Of a stretch of 39,382 nucleotides of DNA, positions 1 through 9,486 are shown piece by piece. A program made the position numbers and the translations under genes. The notes below the pieces were generated by a model. The model made no database searches, was not told the DNA's origin, and worked only from the letters and a program-made list of their open reading frames with translations. Position 1 is the first letter of the stretch, and the number at the start of each line of letters is the position of its first letter. The DNA comes from Flavobacteriia bacterium (GTDB taxonomy: Bacteria > Bacteroidota > Bacteroidia > Flavobacteriales_D > Crocinitomicaceae), in NCBI GenBank assembly GCA_046345095.1, contig JBKDKG010000045.1:1-39382 (forward strand), given 5' to 3'.

Positions 1-1
1 G

Positions 2-208
2 ACTTATGATGCATCTGTGTTTTCATTTAAAGACGAATGGTTGGATGGGTTGATTAATTGTGCAGGAACGGATACCGTTGTTGATGCCTTCTATTTTGTT
101 GATCATTTGAAGGCTCCAAAGAAAATACTACTATTTACCGCATCAGGAGAAGAAGTCGTAGAAAAGGTAGAAAAATTTGAAAATTTCATACAGTTGATGA
201 AGTCTTAA
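2..208 (+). CDS. 3' end of an ORF entering from upstream; by dcw-cluster position probably the murD C-terminus
   Basis: The frame is open from the window edge, so the track's GTG start at 17 is an artefact. The TAA stop overlaps the ftsW ATG by 1 nt (TAATG, 206-210). Resemblance to the MurD C-terminal LLSPACAS region is only weak (KKILLFTAS). The call rests mainly on synteny. Confidence 0.4.
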   Translation, partial: TYDASVFSFKDEWLDGLINCAGTDTVVDAFYFVDHLKAPKKILLFTASGEEVVEKVEKFENFIQLMKS

Positions 209-1380
209 TGAGGGAATACTTAAAATACCTGAAAGGTGACGGTGTCATTTGGATCATAACGCTGTTAATGCTGTCGTTTTCATTGGTGAGTGTGTATAGT
301 TTTGTGCCTATTCTCGTGAAAATTGAGGGTGGTACACCTTTCAAGTATTTATTCAAGCATTTTGTATATGTGATCATTGGTTTTGGTGTCTTATTCTGGA
401 TACATAAGAAAGACCCAAAATACATCATGCAGCTTTCAAAATTTGGCTACTACATTGGAATAGCTTTACTCTTGTTTACCTTGTTTTTTGGTACAAAGGT
501 CAATGATGCAGGAAGGTGGATCAAAATCCCATTTATTGGTCTCACGTTCCAGTCGTCTGATTTTGCAAAGTTGGCTTTACTCATTTATCTATCCCGAATA
601 TTATCTAAAAAACAAGATCAACTGTCAAGTTGGAAGGAAGGTTACAAACCTTTAATTATCCCTGTTATTGTTATTTGTGTTTTGATTCTTAAGGATAATT
701 TTTCAACGGCTGCATTGCTCTTTGCAATTTGTATGACCTTACTGTTTATCGGTAAAGTGCCGATATCAAAAATATTTATGACGTTAGTTGGTATTGTAGT
801 GTTAGCTATTTTAGTCGTTGGCTTGCACAAGGCTGTTCCAGAACTAAAGTTGTTCCCGCGCTTTGAAACCTGGGAAAATCGTATCATGAATAAAATGGAG
901 AACGACAATGATGTGCGTTCAAATGCCCAAGCGATGAATGCAAAATTTGCAATTCAGCATGGATCTATCTTTGGATTGGGAGTAGGTGATGGAGAATTGA
1001 AAGAATACATCCCCGAAGCTTATGCGGATTTTTATTACTCCAGTTTTGTGGAAGAATTTGGTTTAGTATCAGCAGTCATCCTCATCTTACTTTATCTGAT
1101 CTTATTGTATCGGATCTTCAGAATCGCTCTGCAATCCGATAATCTATTTGAAACGTTTGCCTGTGTTGGAATCGGAATATTATTACTCACGCAGGCAGCA
1201 GTAAACATGCTGGTTTGTACAGGAGTTTTTCCAGTTACAGGTCAAAACATGCCTTTGTTGGCAATGGGTGGCTCTGCTCTAATCATGACTTGTGTCGCAA
1301 TTGGAATCGTTCAGAGTATTGCCTATCGTCAAGAAAAAGGAAAAGACAGTGGTTTTTCTAATTCACTTGCTTCAAAATGA
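208..1380 (+). CDS. ftsW: FtsW/RodA (SEDS) family cell-division peptidoglycan polymerase
   Basis: 390 aa polytopic membrane protein with SEDS-like motifs (NDAGRWIKIP, FQSSDFAKL, GQNMPLLAMGGSA). It lies directly upstream of murG in a dcw cluster. Confidence 0.9.
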   Translation: MREYLKYLKGDGVIWIITLLMLSFSLVSVYSFVPILVKIEGGTPFKYLFKHFVYVIIGFGVLFWIHKKDPKYIMQLSKFGYYIGIALLLFTLFFGTKVNDAGRWIKIPFIGLTFQSSDFAKLALLIYLSRILSKKQDQLSSWKEGYKPLIIPVIVICVLILKDNFSTAALLFAICMTLLFIGKVPISKIFMTLVGIVVLAILVVGLHKAVPELKLFPRFETWENRIMNKMENDNDVRSNAQAMNAKFAIQHGSIFGLGVGDGELKEYIPEAYADFYYSSFVEEFGLVSAVILILLYLILLYRIFRIALQSDNLFETFACVGIGILLLTQAAVNMLVCTGVFPVTGQNMPLLAMGGSALIMTCVAIGIVQSIAYRQEKGKDSGFSNSLASK

Positions 1381-2480
1381 ATTTAGATCGAGTAATTATA
1401 TCAGGTGGCGGAACAGGAGGACATATTTTTCCTGCTGTAGCTATTGCAGATGAAATAAAAAAACGTAACCCAAATGCAGAAATTCTATTTATTGGTGCAT
1501 TGGGAAAAATGGAAATGGAGAAGGTTCCAGCTGCAGGTTATCGCATAGAAGGACTTACAATTGTCGGTTTCCAGCGAAAACTCACGTTTTCAAACTTTTT
1601 GCTTCCTTTTAAAATTGTAAAGAGCTTACTAAAGGCAAGAAAAATTCTTAAAGAATTTAAACCACAAGCTGTTGTTGGAGTAGGTGGTTATGCCAGTGGG
1701 CCGACCTTGCAAGCAGCTACTATGTTGAAATTACCAACACTTGTGCAAGAGCAGAACTCATTTCCTGGAAAGACAAATAAACTCTTGGCATCTAAGGTCA
1801 ACGTTCTATGCACTGCTTATGAAGGTCTGGAGAGGTATTTCCCAAAAGAAAAAATTCGTATAACCGGAAATCCTGTCAGACATGAAATGGTCACTATTGA
1901 GGGTAAACGCGAAGAAGCAATCAATTATTATGGCTTTGATTCTTCAAAGAAAACGATTTTGATTATTGGTGGTAGTCTAGGTGCACGAACATTGAATGAT
2001 GCGTTGGTTGCTAATATATCTGAGATTGCAGCACATCATGATGTTCAAATATTGTGGCAAAGCGGCAAGCTATATTACGAGCAAATGCTTGAAATAATGA
2101 ATCAAAAAAAGGTTGGTTCTATAAAACTGGTGCAGTTCATAGATCGAATGGATTTAGCGTATGCCGCAGCAGATGTGATTATCTCTCGTGCGGGAGCTAT
2201 TTCTGTATCGGAACTTTGTTTAATTGGCAAGCCAGTCGTTTTAGTTCCATCTCCAAATGTGGCTGAAGATCATCAAACGAAAAATGCAATGGCATTGGTG
2301 AGTAAAAACGCGGCCATTTTGGTGAAAGATGCAGAGGCAAATCAACGCTTGTTTTCAGTCGTATTTGAACTAATGAAGGATGAATCAAAAATGATATCAT
2401 ACAGTGCTGAAATAAAAAAATTGGCCAAACCAAATGCTACAGTTGATATCGTCAATGAATTAGAAAAAATTGTCAAATGA
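1377..2480 (+). CDS. murG: UDP-N-acetylglucosamine--N-acetylmuramyl-(pentapeptide) pyrophosphoryl-undecaprenol GlcNAc transferase
   Basis: 367 aa with the N-terminal SGGGTGGHIFPAVA motif and C-terminal SRAGAISVSEL and DHQTKNA motifs. ATGA overlap with ftsW. Confidence 0.93.
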   Translation: MNLDRVIISGGGTGGHIFPAVAIADEIKKRNPNAEILFIGALGKMEMEKVPAAGYRIEGLTIVGFQRKLTFSNFLLPFKIVKSLLKARKILKEFKPQAVVGVGGYASGPTLQAATMLKLPTLVQEQNSFPGKTNKLLASKVNVLCTAYEGLERYFPKEKIRITGNPVRHEMVTIEGKREEAINYYGFDSSKKTILIIGGSLGARTLNDALVANISEIAAHHDVQILWQSGKLYYEQMLEIMNQKKVGSIKLVQFIDRMDLAYAAADVIISRAGAISVSELCLIGKPVVLVPSPNVAEDHQTKNAMALVSKNAAILVKDAEANQRLFSVVFELMKDESKMISYSAEIKKLAKPNATVDIVNELEKIVK

Positions 2481-3856
2481 ATCGCTTAGATCATATCAGT
2501 TTCAATCAGTTTAATGCGGCATATTTTGTCGGTGTTGGAGGAATTGGTATGTCTGCCTTAGCGCGTTATTTCAAAGCGTTGGGTTGGGAAGTTTCAGGAT
2601 ATGACAAAACACCATCAGCGCTGACAAATGAGCTAATGAATGAAGGAATTCATATTCATTTTGAAGATCAAGGTGAGGCTGCAATTTTATCATTGACAGA
2701 CATTCAGCGAACTATTTTTATTTATACTCCTGCAATACCAAAGGATCACAAGGAATTAGCTGTTATTCGGGATAAAGGATTGTCTTTGTTTAAGCGCTCT
2801 GAGGTTTTGGGATTGATTACTCGTCAAAGTAAAGGCTTGGGTGTTGCAGGGACACATGGAAAGACGACGACCAGTTCCATGCTAGCTCATATTCTAAATC
2901 AGTCTTCAAAACCATGTGATGCATTCCTTGGTGGAATTGCAACAAATTTTAATTCCAATTTATTAATCGGAAGAAGCGCAGAATATACTGTTATAGAGGC
3001 TGATGAATTCGATAGATCCTTTTTGCAATTAAAGCCATTTGCTTCAATCGTAACATCAACCGATGCTGATCACCTTGATATTTATGGAGATTCTAATGAA
3101 TTTATTCAAGGATTTCAGCAGTATACACAATTGATTGAACCGACAGGATGTTTGGTTAAACGTGAAGGTTTGGATGTTTATTCATCCGCTAAAACGATAA
3201 CATATGCCTTGGATTCTTCATCAGCAGATTATTCAGTATCTAATTTGCGCATGGAAGACGGTCGATTTTACATGGATGTTAGAACACCAAATGCAGTATG
3301 GAACGAATTAGAACTTGGAATATCAGGAATACACAATGCCGAGAATGCATTGGCATGTATTGCACTTTTGGAATTCCTTTCAATTTCTGAAAATGAAATT
3401 AGAACTGGACTCAGCACATTTTTAGGGGTTAAAAGACGGTTTGAATACCACCTTCGAAAACCAAATCTTGTTTACATCGACGATTATGCGCACCATCCTA
3501 CTGAAATTCATGCACTGATAGCTTCGATTCGCTTGCTCTATCCTGACAAGAAAATTACAGGCATATTTCAACCTCATCTTTTTTCTCGAACGCGCGATTT
3601 TTTTGATGGATTTGCGAAAGAATTGTCAAAGCTGGATGATTTAATTCTCATGCCAATTTATCCAGCAAGAGAGCTGCCAATTGAAGGTGTTACGAGTGAT
3701 GCTTTGTTGGAGGCAATTTCTCTGAAAAGTAAACGAATACTTTTACCAGAAGAAGTTTTGAAAAGCTTCCAAGGATTCAATAACGGGGTAGTGTTAACGA
3801 TCGGCGCGGGAGATATTGATCGCATTGTTGAACCGTTAAAAAAAGTGCTGTCATGA
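2477..3856 (+). CDS. murC: UDP-N-acetylmuramate--L-alanine ligase
   Basis: 459 aa with GVGGIGMSALA and the Mur ligase P-loop GTHGKTTTSSM. ATGA overlap with murG. Confidence 0.93.
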   Translation: MNRLDHISFNQFNAAYFVGVGGIGMSALARYFKALGWEVSGYDKTPSALTNELMNEGIHIHFEDQGEAAILSLTDIQRTIFIYTPAIPKDHKELAVIRDKGLSLFKRSEVLGLITRQSKGLGVAGTHGKTTTSSMLAHILNQSSKPCDAFLGGIATNFNSNLLIGRSAEYTVIEADEFDRSFLQLKPFASIVTSTDADHLDIYGDSNEFIQGFQQYTQLIEPTGCLVKREGLDVYSSAKTITYALDSSSADYSVSNLRMEDGRFYMDVRTPNAVWNELELGISGIHNAENALACIALLEFLSISENEIRTGLSTFLGVKRRFEYHLRKPNLVYIDDYAHHPTEIHALIASIRLLYPDKKITGIFQPHLFSRTRDFFDGFAKELSKLDDLILMPIYPARELPIEGVTSDALLEAISLKSKRILLPEEVLKSFQGFNNGVVLTIGAGDIDRIVEPLKKVLS

Positions 3857-4668
3857 ACAAGTGGGTGAAGGGATCGTTATGGGCGCTATTTTTAGGGGGA
3901 GTGATAACAGTTTTAGTTCTTTCTCAACAATCTCAATCAGAAAGCACGCTTGAAACAGCGGATATTGTGATCCATGTAACGGGAGAAAACGCCTTTTTAA
4001 ATGAACATGAATTACATCAGCGATTAAAGCGTCGTGGTTTTGTTTTTAAAGGTCAAATGCAACGTGATTTGAAAGTTGCTGCCATTGAAAAATATATTAG
4101 AGCAATGACTGAAGTCAAGAAGGTGAAAGTGTTTACAAACATCGGTCATGGATGGAAAATTGATGTCGTGGTCCGTAAACCTATTGCGCGTATATTTAAT
4201 CAATTTGGAGAATCGTATTATTTGGATGAAGACGGTGTAGTGATGCAAACTTCCTCTATTCATACAGCCAGGGTACTTGTTGTAAGTGGAAATTTGAAAG
4301 ATCGACCAACTTCAATTTCGGTACCTGAGATTATCAACAATGACTCTTTGAAAAGTATTCGAAAGCTCGACGATGTCTATCGTATTTCAAATTATGTTTG
4401 TAAAGACCCCTTAATGCAGGCACTAATAGGTCAAGTTCACCTTAAAAAGAGCGGAGATTTTATACTAGTGCCAATTGTTGGGGGCCAAGAGATCGTTTTC
4501 GGTACAGCAAACACGGAAAAGGAAGTAAAGGAGAAATTCGAGAAATTGAAGATTTTTTACAGTGAGGCAATCCCTTATGAAGGATGGAATAAATATACCG
4601 AAATCAATCTCAAATACGAGAAACAGATTGTAGGCAAGACAAAAGAAAATAACACGCAAGAAAATTAA
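3853..4668 (+). CDS. ftsQ: Cell division protein FtsQ (single N-terminal TM plus POTRA-type periplasmic domain)
   Basis: 271 aa with one N-terminal hydrophobic helix (LWALFLGGVITVLVL). It sits between murC and ftsA with an ATGA overlap with murC. Sequence conservation is weak, as is usual for FtsQ. Confidence 0.75.
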   Translation: MNKWVKGSLWALFLGGVITVLVLSQQSQSESTLETADIVIHVTGENAFLNEHELHQRLKRRGFVFKGQMQRDLKVAAIEKYIRAMTEVKKVKVFTNIGHGWKIDVVVRKPIARIFNQFGESYYLDEDGVVMQTSSIHTARVLVVSGNLKDRPTSISVPEIINNDSLKSIRKLDDVYRISNYVCKDPLMQALIGQVHLKKSGDFILVPIVGGQEIVFGTANTEKEVKEKFEKLKIFYSEAIPYEGWNKYTEINLKYEKQIVGKTKENNTQEN

Positions 4669-4673
4669 CAGTT

Positions 4674-5957
4674 ATGTCAAAGATTATAGTCGGACTGGAT
4701 ATAGGAACAACAAAGATTGCTTGTTTCGTGGGCAAGAAGAATGAACATGGCAAGATTGAGATTTTATCAATGGGTAAAAGCGAGTCACTCGGTGTAACTC
4801 GTGGCATGGTAGCGAACATTGAGAAAACGGTACAATCGATCAAAGTTGCAGTGGAGGAGGCGCAAGAGCGTGTTGATGGCCAATTGACTGTTCGTGTTGT
4901 AAATGTGGGTATTGCTGGACAGCATATAAAAAGTTTACAGCACCGCGGAATTCATACAAGAGACTACATTGATGTAGAGATTTCTCAGAAAGATATCGAT
5001 GCTTTGGTGGAAGATATGTACAAATTGGTGATGCAACCGGGAGAGGCGATTATAACTGTTTTGCCACAGGAGTATATCATTGACAATGAACAAGGAATTA
5101 AAGACCCAATTGGGATGCTTGGCCGCAGATTGGAAGCGAATTTCCACATCATAACAGGTCAGATAGGTGCTTCCATGAACATTACAAAATGCGTTGAGAA
5201 AGCTGGGTTAGAGGTGAAGGAAATTATCCTTGAACCGATTGCATCTGCTGACGCGGTATTGTCGGATGAAGAAAAAGAAGCAGGTGTTGTATTGGTTGAC
5301 ATAGGTGGCGGTACGACAGACGTTGCAATTTTTCACGAGGGAATTATACGACATACCGCTGTTATTCCTTTTGGAGGAAATGTCATCACAGAGGATATTA
5401 AAGAAGGGTGCACTATTATGCGGCGACAAGCTGAAATGTTGAAAACTAAGTTTGGTTCTGCACTTGCGTCTGAAAGTCAAGAAAACGAGATCGTCTGTAT
5501 TCCTGGTTTAAGAGGTCGCGATCCAAAAGAAATTACAGTTAGAAATCTTGCGAGTATTATTCAAGCAAGAATGGAAGAGATCATTGAGTTGGTTCATTAT
5601 GAAATCATTAATTCAGGTTACCAGAAAAAATTAATTGGAGGAATAGTTGTAACTGGTGGAGGTGCTCAATTGAAACACATTACACAATTGTTCGAATATA
5701 TAACAGCTATGGATACACGTGTTGGTTATCCAACAGAACATTTAGCGAACAATAATCACATCGAAAACTTGACTAGCCCGATGTATGCAACGGGAATTGG
5801 ATTGGTACTTAAAGGGTTCGAAGCATTGGAAAAAAACAATTCAACGACCGAAGCAGCAAGTAATGGCGCTGTGAAAACCCATTCTGTTAAAAACAGAGGA
5901 TCATTTTTTGATACAATTGTTAAAAGAGGTGTAGATTGGTTCAAGGAAGATAATTAA
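4674..5957 (+). CDS. ftsA: Cell division protein FtsA (actin-like ATPase)
   Basis: 427 aa with VGLDIGTTKIA, DIGGGTTDVAIF and VVTGGGAQL phosphate/adenosine motifs. It lies immediately upstream of ftsZ. Confidence 0.93.
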   Translation: MSKIIVGLDIGTTKIACFVGKKNEHGKIEILSMGKSESLGVTRGMVANIEKTVQSIKVAVEEAQERVDGQLTVRVVNVGIAGQHIKSLQHRGIHTRDYIDVEISQKDIDALVEDMYKLVMQPGEAIITVLPQEYIIDNEQGIKDPIGMLGRRLEANFHIITGQIGASMNITKCVEKAGLEVKEIILEPIASADAVLSDEEKEAGVVLVDIGGGTTDVAIFHEGIIRHTAVIPFGGNVITEDIKEGCTIMRRQAEMLKTKFGSALASESQENEIVCIPGLRGRDPKEITVRNLASIIQARMEEIIELVHYEIINSGYQKKLIGGIVVTGGGAQLKHITQLFEYITAMDTRVGYPTEHLANNNHIENLTSPMYATGIGLVLKGFEALEKNNSTTEAASNGAVKTHSVKNRGSFFDTIVKRGVDWFKEDN

Positions 5958-5984
5958 ATTTGCAAATAGAATAAACGAGGGAAT

Positions 5985-7622
5985 ATGGAGTTTGATTTAC
6001 CAAAAGAAACGAGTTCGATCATTAAAGTGATCGGCGTAGGTGGAGGCGGAAGTAATGCTGTCAATCACATGTACGACCAAGGAATCATTGGCGTAGATTT
6101 CATCGTATGTAATACTGATCGTCAGGCCTTGGATATTTCTCCTGTGCCCTACAAAATACAACTTGGAACTTCTCTGACAGAAGGTCGTGGAGCAGGTGCT
6201 ATTCCTGAAATCGGAATGAATGCGGCCATCGAAAATATCGAGGAAATTAAAGAACTGTTGAACAAAAACACCAAAATGGTATTTGTTACGGCAGGTCTTG
6301 GTGGTGGGACCGGCACAGGTGCCGCACCAGTTATTGCTCAAGTTGCAAAAGAAATGGGTATCCTAACAGTTGGTATTGTTACGGTGCCTTTCAATTTTGA
6401 AGGAAGAAAAAGAAGACAACAAGCCGAAGAAGGATTGGAAAAAATTCGTCAGAATGTTGACACACTTTTGGTTATTAATAACGAGCGTCTCCGTGAGATT
6501 ACGGGCAACTTAACTATTGGAAATGCTTTTTCACAAGCTGATGATGTATTAACAATCGCAGCAAAGGGAATTGCAGAAGTGATATCAGTAACTGGTGCCA
6601 TTAACGTTGACTTTAATGATGTGAAAACTGTCATGAAGGACAGTGGTCATGCGATCATGGGAAGTGCAACAGCTGAAGGTGAAAATCGTGCAATTACTGC
6701 AGTTCAGCAGGCCTTGGCTTCTCCATTACTAGATGATAGCGATATCAATGGTGCACAATACGTTTTACTCAACATCACTTACGGTGACAAGGAAGTTTTA
6801 ATGGATGAAATTTCTGAAATCACAGATTACATCCAAGACGAAGCAGGTTCTACAGCTGATGTTATTTGGGGTCATGGTTATGATGCAACATTAGGCGATA
6901 AAATAGGTATTACATTGATTGCTACTGGTTTTAATACAGGAAACAATGTGGGTTTTTATAAGGCACCTGAAAAGACAGTGCGGTCACTAGACGATGAACC
7001 AAAAAATGAAATTGTTAAACCGTTAGACTCTCCTACTCAAGTAAATTCATATACACCACCGGTAGTCAATGAAACAACGGTTGAGCCTTTTTTGAAAAAC
7101 GAATTGGTTGAGCCAACAGTAAATGTTCAAAATGTGGTTGTTGAATCTGTAGCCAGCGAATTACCTCTGACAGAAGAACCTTTCTTAAGAGAAGAAAAAT
7201 CAGAAGACAATGGTGTTCAATTTAACTGGGAGATTTCATCTCCTACACGAGTAGTTGAAAACACAACTGTTACTCCACAGCCTGAGCCGGTTGTTGAAAA
7301 GGTTGTTCGTCATGTCTTGGAAGATGATAACGATGAAAAGGTAAATCTTGATACTGTAACTGCGAAATCAATTCTTTCTCCTGAGGAGCAGCAGCGAAGA
7401 ACACAAGAGCGTCTTTCTAAAATTCAAGATTATACTTCAAAATTGAAAAAGGCTGAGGGTATTTCTGAATTTGAAAATGAACCAGCATACGTGCGGCGCA
7501 ATATTCAATTAGATAATTCTCAGAAGAGTACGCAAGAAACGGTTAGTCGATTTGGGCTCACCGAAGATGAAAATGGCACCTCTCTTCGCAATAATAACTT
7601 CTTGCACGATAACGTAGACTAA
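5985..7622 (+). CDS. ftsZ: Cell division GTPase FtsZ with a long C-terminal linker
   Basis: 545 aa with [10 protein letters not shown] and the tubulin signature [10 protein letters not shown]. It has an EPAYVRR C-terminal peptide (7479-7499) and the Bacteroidota-type tail [10 protein letters not shown]. Confidence 0.96.
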   Translation: MEFDLPKETSSIIKVIGVGGGGSNAVNHMYDQGIIGVDFIVCNTDRQALDISPVPYKIQLGTSLTEGRGAGAIPEIGMNAAIENIEEIKELLNKNTKMVFVTAGLGGGTGTGAAPVIAQVAKEMGILTVGIVTVPFNFEGRKRRQQAEEGLEKIRQNVDTLLVINNERLREITGNLTIGNAFSQADDVLTIAAKGIAEVISVTGAINVDFNDVKTVMKDSGHAIMGSATAEGENRAITAVQQALASPLLDDSDINGAQYVLLNITYGDKEVLMDEISEITDYIQDEAGSTADVIWGHGYDATLGDKIGITLIATGFNTGNNVGFYKAPEKTVRSLDDEPKNEIVKPLDSPTQVNSYTPPVVNETTVEPFLKNELVEPTVNVQNVVVESVASELPLTEEPFLREEKSEDNGVQFNWEISSPTRVVENTTVTPQPEPVVEKVVRHVLEDDNDEKVNLDTVTAKSILSPEEQQRRTQERLSKIQDYTSKLKKAEGISEFENEPAYVRRNIQLDNSQKSTQETVSRFGLTEDENGTSLRNNNFLHDNVD

Positions 7623-8071
7623 TGAATTTTACGGAACGAATTAACGCAGACATTAAGAGTGCAATGTTAGCCAAAGAAAAAGAACGTTTGGCTGCTTTAA
7701 GAGACATTAAATCAAAATTGTTATTGGAAGCTACTTCTGGTGGTAATGGAGAAGTTTCAGAAGACGTTGCCATGAAAATATGCATGAAATTGCACAAACA
7801 ACGTATCGAAACGTACGAATTGTACAATCAACAGGGCAGAGAAGATTTGGCTGCAGAAGAATTGTTTCAAGCGAAAGTGATAGAAGAATATTTGCCTAAA
7901 ATGCTTTCTGAAGAAGAGGTGCGCGCTGAAGTAGAAGCTGCGATAGCACAAACAGGAGCGTCCGGCCCCCAAGAAATGGGTAAAGTAATGGGTGTTTTGA
8001 CTGGAAAATTAGCAGGCAAAGCAGATGGAAAATTGATTGCATCACTTGTTAAAGAACTCCTTTCTCGTTGA
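7622..8071 (+). CDS. yqeY: GatB/YqeY domain-containing protein
   Basis: 149 aa with an N-terminus (INADIKSAMLAKEKERLAALRDIKS) and C-terminus (GKVMGVLTGKLAGKADGKLI) typical of the YqeY family. The ATG overlaps the ftsZ TAA by 1 nt. Confidence 0.85.
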   Translation: MNFTERINADIKSAMLAKEKERLAALRDIKSKLLLEATSGGNGEVSEDVAMKICMKLHKQRIETYELYNQQGREDLAAEELFQAKVIEEYLPKMLSEEEVRAEVEAAIAQTGASGPQEMGKVMGVLTGKLAGKADGKLIASLVKELLSR

Positions 8072-8095
8072 TAGAAAATATTTGAAATAATGAAG

Positions 8096-8127
8096 CGCGT
8101 TCGTCCTTAGATTGAACGCGTTTTTTT
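8096..8127 (+). terminator. Rho-independent terminator ending the dcw/yqeY transcription unit
   Basis: Stem CGCGTTC (8096-8102) pairs with GAACGCG (8114-8120) and is followed by TTTTTTT (8121-7). It lies 25 nt after the yqeY stop. Confidence 0.8.
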
Positions 8128-8154
8128 ATGGTAAAAAGATAAAAAAATCTCGAT

Positions 8155-8162
8155 TACATTTG
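8155..8162 (+). promoter_or_regulatory. Bacteroidota -7 promoter box TACATTTG (TAnnTTTG) for mtnB
   Basis: Exact match to TAnnTTTG, ending 4 nt before the mtnB ATG (8167). This implies a leaderless or near-leaderless mRNA. Confidence 0.55.
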
Positions 8163-8166
8163 TAAC

Positions 8167-8775
8167 ATGAATTTGGAAGTTCTTAAAGAAAAATTAGCCG
8201 AAACAATTCGGAAATATAATGCCAAGGGATGGTCACCGGCAACCTCTACTAACTATTCTTTCAGGGATTTAGATGATAATATTTGGGTATCGAGATCAGG
8301 AGTTGACAAAAGTGAATTTTCAGCAAATGATTTTATAACTGTTAATTTTGATGGAACAGCTACAGGGGATTTTGTTGGAGTAAAACCTTCAGCTGAAACA
8401 CTGATTCACTGTGTGCTTTATGACTTGTTTCCTTCAATAAAAGTGATCCTTCACAGTCACTCTGTAAACCCGGTTATACTTTCAAATTTAGTTGGTGATT
8501 CTTTGACTTTTGAAGGATATGAAGTGCAAAAAGGTTTTGCGGGTCAAATTTCTCATGACAGTAAAATTCATATTCCGGTCTTTGACAATTCACAAGATAT
8601 GGACTTGTTAACTTCAGAAATGATAAGCCGTAAGAATCTGTTGAACAATCATTCCTTGTTGATTCGTAAGCACGGAACCTATGCTTGGGGAATAAATTTA
8701 TTTGAAGCAAAACGACATTTGGAGACTTTGGAATATCTTTGTGAATGTGAACTTCGTTTCCGCAGTTTAAAATAA
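8167..8775 (+). CDS. mtnB: Methylthioribulose-1-phosphate dehydratase (class II aldolase fold)
   Basis: 202 aa with GWSPATSTNYS, PSAETLIH, HSHS and RKHGTYAWG motifs typical of MtnB. It is clustered with mtnD, mtnC and mtnA. Confidence 0.85.
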   Translation: MNLEVLKEKLAETIRKYNAKGWSPATSTNYSFRDLDDNIWVSRSGVDKSEFSANDFITVNFDGTATGDFVGVKPSAETLIHCVLYDLFPSIKVILHSHSVNPVILSNLVGDSLTFEGYEVQKGFAGQISHDSKIHIPVFDNSQDMDLLTSEMISRKNLLNNHSLLIRKHGTYAWGINLFEAKRHLETLEYLCECELRFRSLK

Positions 8776-8786
8776 TTACATCAATC

Positions 8787-9326
8787 ATGGCGATTTTATC
8801 AATACCTGAAAAGAACATTCAGATTTCAAACCCAATTGAAATTCGCGCATTCTTCGAAGAGAGAAATATATTTTTTGATCAATGGACTTGTGATGCTGTA
8901 TTTCATGATACAGCTACTCAAGATGAAATTCTTCAGGCATATTCCAAAGATTTGGACCCTTTTATGAAGGATGGTGGTTATTTGACTGCGGATGTTATTT
9001 CTATAAATAATTTGACAGAGAATTACGAAGCAATTCGTGCGAAATTCCTAGCAGAACACACACATTCAGAAGATGAAATCAGGTTTTTTGTAGATGGTCA
9101 AGGATTGTTTTGGTTTAATCTAGAAAATGAACCCGTTTTTAATTTGTTGTGCCAAAAAGGTGATTTAATTTCAGTTCCAGCAGGAACAAAACATTGGTTT
9201 GATGCAGGAGCGACAGATCCATTTGTAAAGGCCATACGAATTTTTATAGACATGTCTGGCTGGGTGCCAGACTACACAGGCTCAAAGATTGAAACATCCT
9301 TTAGTGGATTTTCATTTCCTGCCTAA
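8787..9326 (+). CDS. mtnD: Acireductone dioxygenase (ARD, cupin)
   Basis: 179 aa with the cupin metal-binding motif EHTHSEDEIRFFVDGQGLF and later GTKHWF. Context is the mtn cluster. Confidence 0.88.
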   Translation: MAILSIPEKNIQISNPIEIRAFFEERNIFFDQWTCDAVFHDTATQDEILQAYSKDLDPFMKDGGYLTADVISINNLTENYEAIRAKFLAEHTHSEDEIRFFVDGQGLFWFNLENEPVFNLLCQKGDLISVPAGTKHWFDAGATDPFVKAIRIFIDMSGWVPDYTGSKIETSFSGFSFPA

Positions 9327-9474
9327 AATCTGATTTTTGCGAAAAACAGTTAGAAAACAGACTAACATTAATTACTGAAAAAAGTATTTGTGTTTTCAAA
9401 GTTGAAATTTTGGTGGAATTTTCAAAAAACAAGCCTCAACAAAGAGAATACAATATCCCTTCTATGATTATTTC

Positions 9475-9482
9475 TACTTTTG
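9475..9482 (+). promoter_or_regulatory. -7 promoter box TACTTTTG for mtnC-mtnA
   Basis: Exact TAnnTTTG, ending 4 nt before the mtnC ATG (9487). It lies at the end of a 160-nt gap after mtnD. Confidence 0.5.
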
Positions 9483-9486
9483 TAGT

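Noticed and set aside
9327-9486. SAM or other riboswitch in the mtnD-mtnC gap, or in the short mtnB leader (8072-8166).
   Set aside because: I could not find the conserved SAM-I/SAM-II core sequences or any convincing multi-stem structure. The only hairpin is a weak AT-rich one (TTTCAA-AG-TTGAAA). The predicted promoters leave essentially no 5' UTR. A covariance-model scan is still needed to exclude a riboswitch formally.
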